Program-made: the position numbers and the translations under genes
Assembly: GCA_963701735.1 (NCBI GenBank)
Contig: CAVPBI010000013.1
Coordinates: 141,323-205,322, forward strand
DNA: 64,000 nucleotides
Direction: 5' to 3'
From: an uncultured Ignavibacteria bacterium
Lineage (GTDB): Bacteria; Bacteroidota; Ignavibacteria; UBA10030; UBA6906
Notes under the pieces: generated by a model
Database searches by the model: none
Told to the model about the DNA's origin: nothing
Seen by the model: only the letters and a program-made list of their open reading frames with translations
In this document: positions 33,300 through 42,581 of the stretch, in pieces
Layout of the letters: each line of letters starts with the position of its first letter
Position numbering within the stretch: the first letter of the stretch is position 1

Positions 33300-33939
33300 T
33301 CAAAGGTCAAACGGGGCAAATCTGATCCCCCCGTAAGCGCCCAGGTTCCTCATATCGGAGAACGACTGATACCTGATGCCAAATTCAAAGACTTTGACTG
33401 CAAAACCGCACGAAATCCCGAACCCCGGCTGAATCTGTTCACTACAGCCACGTCACCGCTGATAAAGTGCGCCGCGAATTCAATCCCCGCATACAGGGCG
33501 AAATCATGCCTGCGATCCGCCGGAAAAATCGCCTGGGCGCCCGCGGAGACCGGGAATGCCACGAAATCGCCCGGGATCAGTGACCGGGCGATGCCATCGT
33601 CTGCCGGCTGAGCGGTCATCACCGGCACCTCGTCTGAACGGTAAAACCATGTCACACCGCCGCCGAGTGTCAGGGCGAGCCAATTCAGGGAAGGCGGATA
33701 GAGCCGGACGGAAACATTCAGGGCTGTCCCTTCGTAACGGAAGTCGAGGTACCGGGGGGCGCAAACGTTTGAAGGTCATGCGGGATGGGGTCCGCATGCT
33801 GATCCAGCGGCGAACCGGGAAATAACTTGCCCAGCGACAGAGTGGGTTGCGCCGTCCAGGAGGGATGCGACTCTTGCGATACGACTCGTGACCCGGAACA
33901 GACGATCATCAGAGCCAGCAGGACGCGGAGCGATTTCAT
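33300..33939 (-). CDS. small outer-membrane beta-barrel protein (heavily fragmented; tentative)
   Basis: Signal peptide ORF 33718-33939 (MKSLRVLLALMIVCSG…); manual translation of 3' end gives …GFGISCGFAVKVFEFGIRYQSFSDMRNLGAYGGIRFAPFDL*; at least two frame changes. Confidence 0.35.
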
Positions 33940-34099
33940 GGTGTCCCCGGAATGTGGGTGGATGCTATCCGCGGGCGGTTTTCAATGGAGCTCGTGCACC
34001 TCCCACCGTATCAACGGTTCAGGGTCCCCATGCCCCTACGACGGGTGGGACAATCGCGATCCGCCCATCGGCGCTGACATGGAGTAACGACCACACGGC

Positions 34100-34210
34100 A
34101 GTGATCACGGGACGATAAGCGCTGGGTGATGATCACAGGGTGATGATCACAGGACCATACGCGCTTGGTGATGGACGCCGGCGACGGGCACAGGGCGATG
34201 ATCACAGGCC
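34100..34210 (+). promoter_or_regulatory. array of 4-5 copies of a ~14-nt motif GGTGATGATCACAGG (palindromic TGATCA core) 75-185 bp upstream of the ECF sigma gene
   Basis: cagtgatcacgggac / gggtgatgatcacagg / gtgatgatcacagga / ttggtgatggacg / gggcgatgatcacaggcc read directly. Confidence 0.55.
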
Positions 34211-34284
34211 GACCGGGAGCTGAAGTTGCGCCGATAGGAGCCATCTCATATCTTGTAGGTCCCCTGCCCGACAGTCAACATTCG

Positions 34285-34839
34285 ATGGAACACAGTCACA
34301 CGGATCCGGAACTGCTGAAACGCGTCAAGGCATCGGACGCCGACGCCTTTCGTGCGCTCTTCGAGCGGTATCAGCCGATCGTGTTCAGGCAGGTGATGTA
34401 TCAGCTTGGCGAGTCGGACGCTGCCCACGACGTGGTGCAGGAGACATTCGTCCGGATCTGGGACCGCAGGCGATCGCTCCGGCCGGAGCTAAGCTTCCTC
34501 GCCTATGTGTTGCGGATCAGCGCTAACCTCGTGCGCGATGCGGCGCGCCACCGCGCGGTTCGCGAGAGAACGGCGGCGTTCATACCTCGGCCGGAGCTAT
34601 CCGAAGGCGACGACCCGGAGGAAGCGCTCACGCGTGCGATGCTCGAGGAGCGCATCGCACGAATCGTCAGCTCCAGCCTCCCGGATCGCTGCAGGGAGAT
34701 CTTTCTGCTGAGCAGGTTTGAAGGAAGAAGCCACAGGGAGATCGCCACGCTCCTGGGCGTGACCGAGAAGACCGTAGAGAACCAGATCACCCGCGCGCTG
34801 CGCGTCCTCCGGCGAAAGCTGCGGGTCCAATCCCGCTAG
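34285..34839 (+). CDS. ECF (sigma-70 family, FecI-like) RNA polymerase sigma factor
   Basis: Region 2 …FRALFERYQPIVFRQVMYQLGESDAAHDVVQETFVRIW… and region 4 HTH …SHREIATLLGVTEKTVENQITRALRVLRRKL. Confidence 0.9.
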   Translation: MEHSHTDPELLKRVKASDADAFRALFERYQPIVFRQVMYQLGESDAAHDVVQETFVRIWDRRRSLRPELSFLAYVLRISANLVRDAARHRAVRERTAAFIPRPELSEGDDPEEALTRAMLEERIARIVSSSLPDRCREIFLLSRFEGRSHREIATLLGVTEKTVENQITRALRVLRRKLRVQSR

Positions 34840-35529
34840 AACCGGTACCCTACCCCCACCAGAATGGACGGCTGGAATTTCGGCTGGTTGACCGCCGCAT
34901 CCGCGTCGTCGTAGTCGTATCCTTCCCTCGGGTTTACATCCTCCCCGTCCGGGCCGTACGACGTGTCGTGTCCCGAGAGCGTCGCCGGGAAGAAGTAATC
35001 GGCTCCCAGCGAGATCACGAGATCGATGTTCCGCCCCATCGCGAACGCGCCTTTGATCCCCCCACCCAGACCGATCTGCTCCGTCGTGACGTCGAAATCC
35101 TCGTTCCCGCCGACGAAGTTGAAGTTGCCGGTGAAGAACGAGCCTCGCACGCCGGCAAAGAGAAACGTCTTGCTCGCCTTCAGGAGCTTCAGATCGTACA
35201 GAAAATCGAGGCGGATGTCCCAGGCGTATCCGGCCTCTTCAGGAGTGCCGTTGGTGTTGTCATTGATGAAGGCATGGCGAGCGTCCATCGGTATCCCGGG
35301 GTCCATCCATGCGTACCCGAAGCCCGCCTCGACTCCCAGCGGGAATCCCGTGGCGAAGCTTCTCGACGCCCCCGGTGAGCCTCATCGTGAAGCCGCTTGT
35401 GTAGCCCGCCATGAACCCGGCGGAGAAGTCGGCGCCGATTCCGGTCTGCACTGTCGCGGAAAGCATGAGAAGGAGTACGAGCACTCGCACCGTGCCGCGG
35501 GCTCGCCGGACGCTGGAAGAAGTCTTCAT
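34836..35529 (-). CDS. small outer-membrane beta-barrel protein; one frameshift (~35260-35306)
   Basis: MKTSSSVRRARGTVRVLVLLLMLSA signal (ORF 35260-35577) then barrel ORF 34836-35306 ending …SILVGVGYRF. Confidence 0.55.
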
Positions 35530-35835
35530 GAGGAACCGATCGTTGTCAGACATGTGTGACCGGCTCAGTTGCCGCAAATGCCGTGCACAAGGAGAAGCAG
35601 CGTTCCGCCCGAAAAAACGACACCCCGCGGGCGGTGCAGGGGGTCAAGGATACGGCGGATTCTACAAAGTTCAGCATGACCTCGAAGCTGTCGCCGTCCG
35701 TCACGGCTCGGATGACGGCCGTAGTCTGAGCTGACGGTGTGGCAAGCCAGACACATGTGAGGGAGAGGGTCGCAACGAGCCGCAGCACCCCGGGGGGAGC
35801 AGTGCGATGCACGCGCGCCGGAAGCGATTCCCGCG

Positions 35836-37068
35836 CTAGCCATGGAGCTCCTGGTGGAGCGCCTCTGCATACGCTTCGATGTCGTCTGGCGTGGTGTAGG
35901 CGGATATGCCCGCCCGCACCACGCCGCCTCGCGCGAGCAGACCGAGCAGCTCCATCGGGCGGATCGCATAGAAATGCCCGGCCCACGTGAAGATGCCACG
36001 CTTCGCAAGGCGCGCAGACAACTCCGGTGCCTGCATGCGCGCGGACGTGATGGCCAGCGTCGGCGCCCTCAGCGGAACGTCAAACGGTTGACCGTGCACC
36101 GTCACTCCGGGAATCCGCCGGAGCAACTCGAAAAGGATCGAACCCAACCACCGCTCGTGACGGCCGAGATGTCCCATGGCGGCCACGATCCGCTCGCGCA
36201 ATCCCGCCCCGTCTCCGAACGACGCAAGATACTCGATCGCGGCTGTCACGCCCGCCAGGGCCGCATGGTTCAGGGTCCCTGTTTCGATCCGGAACGGAGC
36301 GCTCTGGTCCTGTGTCCGGAGTCGATCGACATCCAGCGATTCGAGCAGCCCTTCACGCGCATACAGGATCCCGACGTGCGGACCGTAGAACTTGTACGCG
36401 GAGCAGAGCAGAAAATCGACATCGAGCGACACGACATCGACGAGGAAATGCGGCGCAAAATGGACGGCGTCGATCAGCAGCCATGCGCCGACCTTCCGGG
36501 TCAGATCGCGCGCGAGAGCGATATCGTTCACCGTCCCGAACGCATTCGACGCACCTCCAATCGCCACCAGCCGCGTACGGGGAGTCATCTTCCTCCGGAA
36601 GTCGTCCGCATCGAGCGTGCAGCCGGGCGTGATGCCGATCTCATCGATGACCACGCCGCGCTCCGCGAGCGTGAGCCACGGACCGCGGTTCGCCTCGTGA
36701 TCGAGGGCCGAGACGAGAACCCGGTCCCCTTCGCGGAAGGTCCGTGCCAGCCCGCGGCTCAGCGAGAACGCGAGCGTCGTCATGTTCGCCCCGAACGAAA
36801 TGGTCCCGGGGTCCGGAGCGCCAAGGAATGCACACGCCGCCTGCCTGGTCCCGTCGATGACGGCATCGGTCTCGACCGATGTGAGGAAGGTACCGTGCGT
36901 ATTGGCGTTCGAGGTTTCGTAGTACCTGTTCATGGCGGCGATGACCTGCCGCGGGACCTGCGTGCCGGCGGGTCCGTCAAGGAAGACGAGGGGCCTGCCG
37001 TCGACCGTGCGGGCCAGGGATGGAAAATCCGACCTGCATGAGTTCAGCTTGATGGAAGATGGGGGCAT
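35836..37068 (-). CDS. class V aminotransferase / cysteine-desulfurase-like PLP enzyme
   Basis: …LDGPAGTQVP…; PLP-lysine region …FLLCSAYKFYGPHVGILYAR…; ~410 aa. Confidence 0.8.
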   Translation of the reverse strand: MPPSSIKLNSCRSDFPSLARTVDGRPLVFLDGPAGTQVPRQVIAAMNRYYETSNANTHGTFLTSVETDAVIDGTRQAACAFLGAPDPGTISFGANMTTLAFSLSRGLARTFREGDRVLVSALDHEANRGPWLTLAERGVVIDEIGITPGCTLDADDFRRKMTPRTRLVAIGGASNAFGTVNDIALARDLTRKVGAWLLIDAVHFAPHFLVDVVSLDVDFLLCSAYKFYGPHVGILYAREGLLESLDVDRLRTQDQSAPFRIETGTLNHAALAGVTAAIEYLASFGDGAGLRERIVAAMGHLGRHERWLGSILFELLRRIPGVTVHGQPFDVPLRAPTLAITSARMQAPELSARLAKRGIFTWAGHFYAIRPMELLGLLARGGVVRAGISAYTTPDDIEAYAEALHQELHG

Positions 37069-37310
37069 AGGGCAATCCGGATGGAGGATGGATAGATGCG
37101 GAAATCTAGAAACCAGGGGCCTGCAATGCAACACGGGAGCCCGGGTGTAGGAGTTACCTCTGTGTGGTTGGATATTCTACAAAACCTCATGTTCGGCGAC
37201 TGAAAAAAGCTCGAATTCCAGCCCAGAAACCCGTGGCATGCGATATGAACCTCGAATGCGCGGCAACACAGTCGAATCCATCATCCATCATCCAAATCGT
37301 GGAGGTATCT

Positions 37311-37809
37311 GTGCGCTATACAGCTCTCCTTGCTCGCGGCTCTGGTATGTCTGGTCCTGGCGTCCAATACGGGCCTTTCCCAGAACACCGCAAACCAGAC
37401 CCTGAACTTCTCGGTCGCTGCCATTGCGAGGATCACCGTGTCGGGTAGTCCTGCACCGCTGTCGATCACCGCTGGAACGCCAGGGACGGACGCCCTGACC
37501 CCTGTCAGCAATGCGCTGACAACCTACAGCATCACCCACAACTCCAACACGCCGCTGCAAATCACCGCGGCATTGGATGCAAACATGCCGAGCGGAACAA
37601 AGCTTGAGATCTCTCTCGCCAGCAGCAAGGGATCGGGCGGGAGCACAGTGGACATCACCTCAGCCGCGGCGACGGCAGTGCCCGTCGTCACCTCAATTGC
37701 CAGGGGCGCGGATGCAGGCCGTTCGATCACCTATACGTTTTCCGCTGACGCGTCTGCCGGTGCCATGTCATCGTTCGCCAGAACCGTGACGCTGACGCTG
37801 ACCAACTAG
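37311..37809 (+). CDS. secreted Thr/Ser/Ala-rich beta-protein A (candidate pilin/SCPU-like fibre subunit); probable GTG start with +1 frameshift ~37335 (alternative TTG 37330)
   Basis: GGAGGT 5 nt upstream of GTG 37311 gives MRYTALLA then frame change to AALVCLVLASNTGLSQ (textbook signal peptide); mature ~145 aa, 45% T/S/A, ends …RTVTLTLTN. Confidence 0.45.
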
Positions 37810-37823
37810 GAGTGACATGAGCC

Positions 37824-37841
37824 CCGGGGAGAGATCCCCGG
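37824..37841 (+). terminator. GC hairpin (ccgggg-agagat-ccccgg) followed by AT-rich tract, 15 nt after gene A stop; candidate attenuator/partial terminator
   Basis: Perfect 6-bp stem read from sequence, then acattcaatcattcata (AT-rich for this genome); 200-bp gap before gene B. Confidence 0.45.
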
Positions 37842-38015
37842 ACATTCAATCATTCATACGGCCCGGAGGGCGGTGGGACTTTCCGGGAACCGAACATGGT
37901 CGCCGCGTGGGGGTGCGCTAGGCCCGCGCGGCGACATGTTGCTTTGATGGGATACCCTATGACATCGGACTTTCGAGGGAGAATGGGCGGAACCCCGGAG
38001 CCACCGGTCGCTGCC

Positions 38016-38519
38016 ATGCGCCAAAGGAGAGCCGCTCTCCTTGCCTTTGCAGCCGCGCTCGTCGCGGTCATCATCTCCACTCCGACAGCATCAGCGCAGA
38101 TATTCGACATTGGCACGCACACCATCAACGTCCAGGTCTCCCCGATCACAGTCCTGGCTGTCCAGGGGGGAGCAGTGATGTTGAACGTCACGGACGCAAA
38201 TGTGACCGCGGGGGTGGACGCCATGACGGTGCAGGATCAGTCCACGCGGCTCGCCTGGGGCACGAATAGCAGCGCCAGGAAGATCACCGCGCAGACAAGC
38301 CTCGCGGCGCCCCTGTTTCAGCTTCGGCTGGCCGCCGTGGGTCACACGCGCGGGAATCCAGCCCCGGAGATGCTCCTCGGGACGTCGCCGCAAAACCTGA
38401 TGCTCGATATCGGCCGATCGCTTGGCAGCTGCACGCTCCGGTACACAGGGACGGCGCTCGCCTCACGGGGGGTTGGGACAGACATCCATACGATCACGTT
38501 CACGGTCACGACCCAATGA
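38016..38519 (+). CDS. secreted beta-protein B (paralog of A/C; candidate minor pilin-like subunit)
   Basis: MRQRRAALLAFAAALVAVIISTPTASAQ signal; mature N-terminus IFDIGTHTINVQVSPITV alternating hydrophobics; C-terminus …DIHTITFTVTTQ. Confidence 0.45.
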   Translation: MRQRRAALLAFAAALVAVIISTPTASAQIFDIGTHTINVQVSPITVLAVQGGAVMLNVTDANVTAGVDAMTVQDQSTRLAWGTNSSARKITAQTSLAAPLFQLRLAAVGHTRGNPAPEMLLGTSPQNLMLDIGRSLGSCTLRYTGTALASRGVGTDIHTITFTVTTQ

Positions 38520-38980
38520 ATGCTCCACTGCGGTTCGGATTTCTCGCGGTTCTGATGTGCATCGCCGCGATGGCAGGAGCACAGGATCTGAGTGTCCGGG
38601 GAGGGAACCAGGTCCTTCAGATTACGTCAGCACAGACCGGCCAGGAACCGACACCGGTCGTGAACACGGCGACGAACCTCAGGTATCGCCGGCAGCCACA
38701 GACGTCCAAGATCACGGTATCAACAAGCTGTCCCGGTCAGAGCTTCACGTTGCGCGTCAGGGCAGTCAGTGTTCAGGACGGAACTCCCGCCCCGACAGTC
38801 ACACTCACCAACGGGATGCCGGCGGCCGATCTGGTCAGGGACATACCGGCCGAGGGCGGCAGACCGCGCCGCCGCACGGCGACGCTTGAGTACACCGCCA
38901 GCGCAAGCTTTAAGCAGGGAAACAGCAACGAAGTCGGCGCGGACGCCCACGTCATCACATTCACACTCGTAGCACAATAG
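38516..38980 (+). CDS. secreted beta-protein C (paralog of A/B; candidate pilin-like subunit)
   Basis: ATGA start/stop overlap with B; signal MNAPLRFGFLAVLMCIAAMAGAQD; C-terminus …AHVITFTLVAQ nearly identical to B's. Confidence 0.45.
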   Translation: MNAPLRFGFLAVLMCIAAMAGAQDLSVRGGNQVLQITSAQTGQEPTPVVNTATNLRYRRQPQTSKITVSTSCPGQSFTLRVRAVSVQDGTPAPTVTLTNGMPAADLVRDIPAEGGRPRRRTATLEYTASASFKQGNSNEVGADAHVITFTLVAQ

Positions 38981-38991
38981 CACCGCTCGCC

Positions 38992-39813
38992 ATGAAACCA
39001 CTCCCCCATATAGCATGTGTCATCCTGCTCGTCACCCTGTGCGCGACCGTGGCCGCCGCGCAAATCGCGCTCGTGGGCGACCTGAGCTACGACCGCCAGG
39101 CTTCCCCCGGCGATTCATACGAAGGGTCCTTCACCCTCCGGAACGACGGGGCCCAGCCTGCAGAAGCAAAGATCTATCAGACCGATTACAGCTTTTCGTG
39201 CAACGGCGAGACAGAGTACGGCGAGCCCGGGCGCTTGGCGCGATCGAACGCCCGGTGGATCGAGTTTCGCCCGGACCGCCCTGTGATTCCCCCCCATGGA
39301 TCGGTGGTGGTCCAGTACTCGGTGAAAGTTCCCCGGAACGCCGGAAACGATTCGCTCACAGGGTGCTACTGGAGCATGCTGATGGTGGAAGAGGTTGTCT
39401 CGGGATCGCCTGAGTCCGCTCTCCCCTCCGCCAACCAGCAGAGCATGGGACTGCAGCAGAAGATCCGATACGCGGTTCAGATCGCGACACATATCACGGG
39501 CACCGGAACCTCTTCCGTCCAGTTTTCGGAGCCAGCCCTCACACAGGTCGACTCTGTCGGGAAGGCTCTCCGCGTATCGATCACCAACACAGGCGAGACC
39601 TGGATGCGTCCGGACGTGTACCTCGAGCTCTTCGACGCATCCGGGAAATCGCAAGGCCGCATCGAGGGGAGTAAATTCCGGATGTACCCGGGAACGTGCG
39701 TGCGGCAGGAGATCAGGCTCCCGTCCCTGCCTCCCGGCGACTACACGGCGCTTGTCGTCGTTGATGCCGGCGGAGAGCAGGCATTCGGCGCCCAATACAC
39801 CGTGAAGCTCTGA
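38992..39813 (+). CDS. periplasmic two-domain beta-sandwich protein D (candidate pilus-assembly chaperone; PapD-like or CARDB/NEW3-like Ig fold)
   Basis: Signal MKPLPHIACVILLVTLCATVAAAQ; domain 1 …RQASPGDSYEGSFTLRNDGAQPAEAKIYQ…WIEFRPDRPVIPPHGSVVVQY… (resembles FimC TRVIYPAGQKQEQLAVTNN…LIQSW / FIVTPPLF…LRI pattern but also E's N-terminal repeats); second ~110-aa domain. Confidence 0.4.
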   Translation: MKPLPHIACVILLVTLCATVAAAQIALVGDLSYDRQASPGDSYEGSFTLRNDGAQPAEAKIYQTDYSFSCNGETEYGEPGRLARSNARWIEFRPDRPVIPPHGSVVVQYSVKVPRNAGNDSLTGCYWSMLMVEEVVSGSPESALPSANQQSMGLQQKIRYAVQIATHITGTGTSSVQFSEPALTQVDSVGKALRVSITNTGETWMRPDVYLELFDASGKSQGRIEGSKFRMYPGTCVRQEIRLPSLPPGDYTALVVVDAGGEQAFGAQYTVKL

Positions 39814-39823
39814 CAGGTTCTCA

Positions 39824-42553
39824 ATGCGGAACGCGCCCACACGGATCCGCGTGCTCCTCCGCCTCGCGCTGACGTTCGCGGCGGTCCTGGCACCCGTGTG
39901 TGCCGCTGCCCAGGAACCGGCCGCCCGCATTTACGTGCAGGCTCTCTTCGCACCGTTCGACACGCTCAGGCCGGGCAACATCCAGACCCTCCCCTTCCGC
40001 ATCGAGAACCGCGGCGACTCCACGGTGTCTGTGACCGATCGCCTCGACGCTCCCCGCGGATGGAACGTGGTTGCGGGAACGGCCGGGCTTGCGCTGAAGC
40101 CGGGCGAGTCCGCCACCCGCCTCGTCTCCGTGTCGCTCTCGGCAACCGCCGAAGAAGGGATTCACGAGATCCGGTACACCGTCACCCCAACCGGCATGGA
40201 CGGCAGCGTGACCCTGCCGCTCCCCGTCCGCGTCGCGGCACGGAAAGGATTCAGCGTCCAGTTCCTGGACGGCCCAGCCATGCTGCCCGCGGGCGAGACA
40301 TCCATCGTCCGCTTCATTGTGCAGAATAGCGGCAACATCCCTGTCTCGCTGTACCTCAACGCGTCGACAACCGGGGGCGGCCAGGCTGCGCCTGAGTCCA
40401 CCATCGTGTATGTGCGGCCCGGCGAGGCGCGGGACGTCTCGGTGAGGGTGCAGTCGCCGGAGCATACCCGGTCGCGACAGCAAGCCGTGATATCGCTCTC
40501 GGCAACCGTCGTCAACGATTCCGCGATCACCCGCCAGGCCTCCACGGTCATCGAGATGATTCCGCGGACGTCCACAGAAGGTCCGGACCCCTACGTGCGG
40601 CTCCCCATGCGCGCTACGCTCAGGTTCGCCGGGGAAGAAGGACGCACGGGATTTCAGGGCGAGCTCGCCGGCATGGGGTATCTCGGGGCCGCCCAGCAAG
40701 ACCGCTTCGATCTCTTTGTGAGGACTCCGAATCTTCAGGAGATATCCATCCTGGGGCAGATCGACGAATACCGTGCCGCACTCGAGGGTCAGCGGTACAC
40801 GCTCGTCGTCGGCGACGCCACATATGCGCTCACGCCGCTCACCGAATACGGCAGGTTCGCCTTTGGCGGCGGGGGCAAGGTCGAACTTGGGGACATCGAA
40901 CTGGGCGGGTTCTACAACCGCAATCGTCTGGCCGCCTCCAATCAACAGGAGGTCGCGGGTTTCGCAGCGCTCTCCGTCACTCCTCAGGCGAAAATGTCCC
41001 TGCAGTATCTCGGGAAGTCCGAACAGTTCGAGAGCTCGATCGCCTCCTTCCGTACGCTTATCGAACCGACCGAGTATTCGCAGATCGATGGGGAATTCGC
41101 GCGCAGTTTCACCGGCGGTGAGTACGAGGACGCGTATGCACTGAGGTTGAGCGGCCGGACACAGGTTGTGATGTATGACCTGACCTACATTCTCGCCGGT
41201 CCGAACTTCACCGGCTACTACAGGGATACGGACCACAGAACCGCCTCCATCGTGGTGTACCCGTGGAAACTGCTGAGGCTGGAGGCATACCTCCGCGACG
41301 AGGACCGCAACCTCGACAGGAACCCCGCGCTGTACGCCGCCCCCCGACAGAAGCACCTGCAGGCGGGCGCCGGGTATGGCAACTACCTGACCGTTCTGTA
41401 CAAGACGTCAAGCTACGTCGACCAGCTCGAGGCGAAGAAGTTCGACAGACACGACAACACCGTGCTGATCCGGAGCGGGCACAGCGCCGGGAATATGACG
41501 CTCCTTGCAGAGGCAGAGGCGGGCACGATTGCCGAGCGGGCGTACAACACATCCGGCCCGTACCGCAGGCTCATGCTGTTCACCGGGTTCTCCCCGTGGA
41601 GCGGTCATCAGTTCGGCGTCAACCTCGAATACTTCAAGGACCTCCAGCTCCAGACCGGGGCACCGATCGACCGCATCGCCGCAACGCTGAACGGCCGGGA
41701 TGCAATCGGCGGACACACGTGGGTCGACGTCAACCTTCACCTGAGCCGCACGATCTCGGAACCCCGCCAGACATATCAGGTCCTTGAAGGCGGCATCCTC
41801 CATGAACTTCCCTTCGGCCATACAGTCGGCGCTCGCGGTCGGTTCACCCGGTACACGCCTTCTCTGGCGGGATCCGATGCCGCCTTTCTTCTCGAGTACA
41901 GCGTCCCGTTGGGCGTACCCATCGGCCGCGATGCCGGCGTGGGCACCCTCTCGGGGCGGCTCATCAACGACGAGACCGGCCTCGGGGTGGATGGGGCGCT
42001 GGTCTCCGCCGGCGGCCAGGCGGTGGCAACCGATGAATCGGGCCAGTTCGAATTCCCGGGCCTGGCGCCCGGCCCCCAGCATCTGACGGTGGACCTCTCC
42101 TCTCTTCCCAGAGGGACCATGCTGGCCGGGAACGGCTCGAACCAGGTCGTCGTGACGGGCGGCGAGGACCGCGAGATCGAGCTGCGCACGATGCGGAGCG
42201 TCAGCTTCTCGGGGACCGTGATCCTCGCGGCTGCGGATTCGGCCGTGGAAGCAGACAGCACACGGCTGTCCTCATCAGACTCCGGCGTCCAGGCTGGAGT
42301 CGTGGTCGAAGCGGTCAACGGTGACTTGCTCGTGCGGCGGCTGACCGACCAGTGGGGCAGGTTCGAGTTCCGGGACATGCGGCCGGGCGTGTGGATTCTT
42401 CGCGTCGCTGGAGGCAACGTCCCTGACGGACGTCGCGCTGAGAAGGACGCGTATCACCTCTCGTTGAGGGCCGGGGAGCACCAGAATGTTGACGTCCGAC
42501 TCGTCCCGAAGAAGAAGGTCATCCAGATCCTCGAAGGGGGCGTGCTGAGGTAG
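39824..42553 (+). CDS. outer-membrane usher-like protein E: signal + 2 CARDB/NEW3-like beta-sandwiches + ~450-aa beta-barrel-like core + 2 C-terminal CarbPepD/usher-CTD-like domains
   Basis: 909 aa intact; repeats …FRIENRGDSTVSV…LALKPGESATRLVSVSL… / …IVQNSGNIPVSL…VYVRPGEARDVSVRV…; amphipathic strands (…YTLVVGDATYALTPLTEYGRFAFGGGG…); …GTLSGRLINDETGLGVDGALVSAGGQAVATDESGQFEF… and …GVVVEAVNGDLLVRRLTDQWGRFEF…; non-aromatic C-terminus. Confidence 0.45.
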   Translation: MRNAPTRIRVLLRLALTFAAVLAPVCAAAQEPAARIYVQALFAPFDTLRPGNIQTLPFRIENRGDSTVSVTDRLDAPRGWNVVAGTAGLALKPGESATRLVSVSLSATAEEGIHEIRYTVTPTGMDGSVTLPLPVRVAARKGFSVQFLDGPAMLPAGETSIVRFIVQNSGNIPVSLYLNASTTGGGQAAPESTIVYVRPGEARDVSVRVQSPEHTRSRQQAVISLSATVVNDSAITRQASTVIEMIPRTSTEGPDPYVRLPMRATLRFAGEEGRTGFQGELAGMGYLGAAQQDRFDLFVRTPNLQEISILGQIDEYRAALEGQRYTLVVGDATYALTPLTEYGRFAFGGGGKVELGDIELGGFYNRNRLAASNQQEVAGFAALSVTPQAKMSLQYLGKSEQFESSIASFRTLIEPTEYSQIDGEFARSFTGGEYEDAYALRLSGRTQVVMYDLTYILAGPNFTGYYRDTDHRTASIVVYPWKLLRLEAYLRDEDRNLDRNPALYAAPRQKHLQAGAGYGNYLTVLYKTSSYVDQLEAKKFDRHDNTVLIRSGHSAGNMTLLAEAEAGTIAERAYNTSGPYRRLMLFTGFSPWSGHQFGVNLEYFKDLQLQTGAPIDRIAATLNGRDAIGGHTWVDVNLHLSRTISEPRQTYQVLEGGILHELPFGHTVGARGRFTRYTPSLAGSDAAFLLEYSVPLGVPIGRDAGVGTLSGRLINDETGLGVDGALVSAGGQAVATDESGQFEFPGLAPGPQHLTVDLSSLPRGTMLAGNGSNQVVVTGGEDREIELRTMRSVSFSGTVILAAADSAVEADSTRLSSSDSGVQAGVVVEAVNGDLLVRRLTDQWGRFEFRDMRPGVWILRVAGGNVPDGRRAEKDAYHLSLRAGEHQNVDVRLVPKKKVIQILEGGVLR

Positions 42554-42564
42554 GCCGTGCGCCA

Positions 42565-42581
42565 CCCCCTCCGGACGGGGG
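42565..42581 (+). terminator. GC hairpin ccccc-tccggac-ggggg 12 nt after gene E stop
   Basis: Read directly; no U-tract (common in high-GC genomes). Confidence 0.45.

Noticed and set aside
33504-33825. ORFs 33504-33797 (-) and 33556-33825 (+)
   Set aside because: Overlap the fragmented small OMP gene region. Arg-rich, no signal or domain features.
37270-37300. Short heptamer repeat tccatca x2.5 upstream of the fibre operon RBS (possible slipped-strand phase-variation tract)
   Set aside because: Only ~2.5 copies. Too short to argue for phase variation without population data.
39821-41356. 511-aa minus-strand ORF inside the usher-like gene
   Set aside because: Antisense to the intact 909-aa + strand gene, whose frame has strong GC3 bias and domain structure. 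The minus ORF is Gly/Arg-rich.
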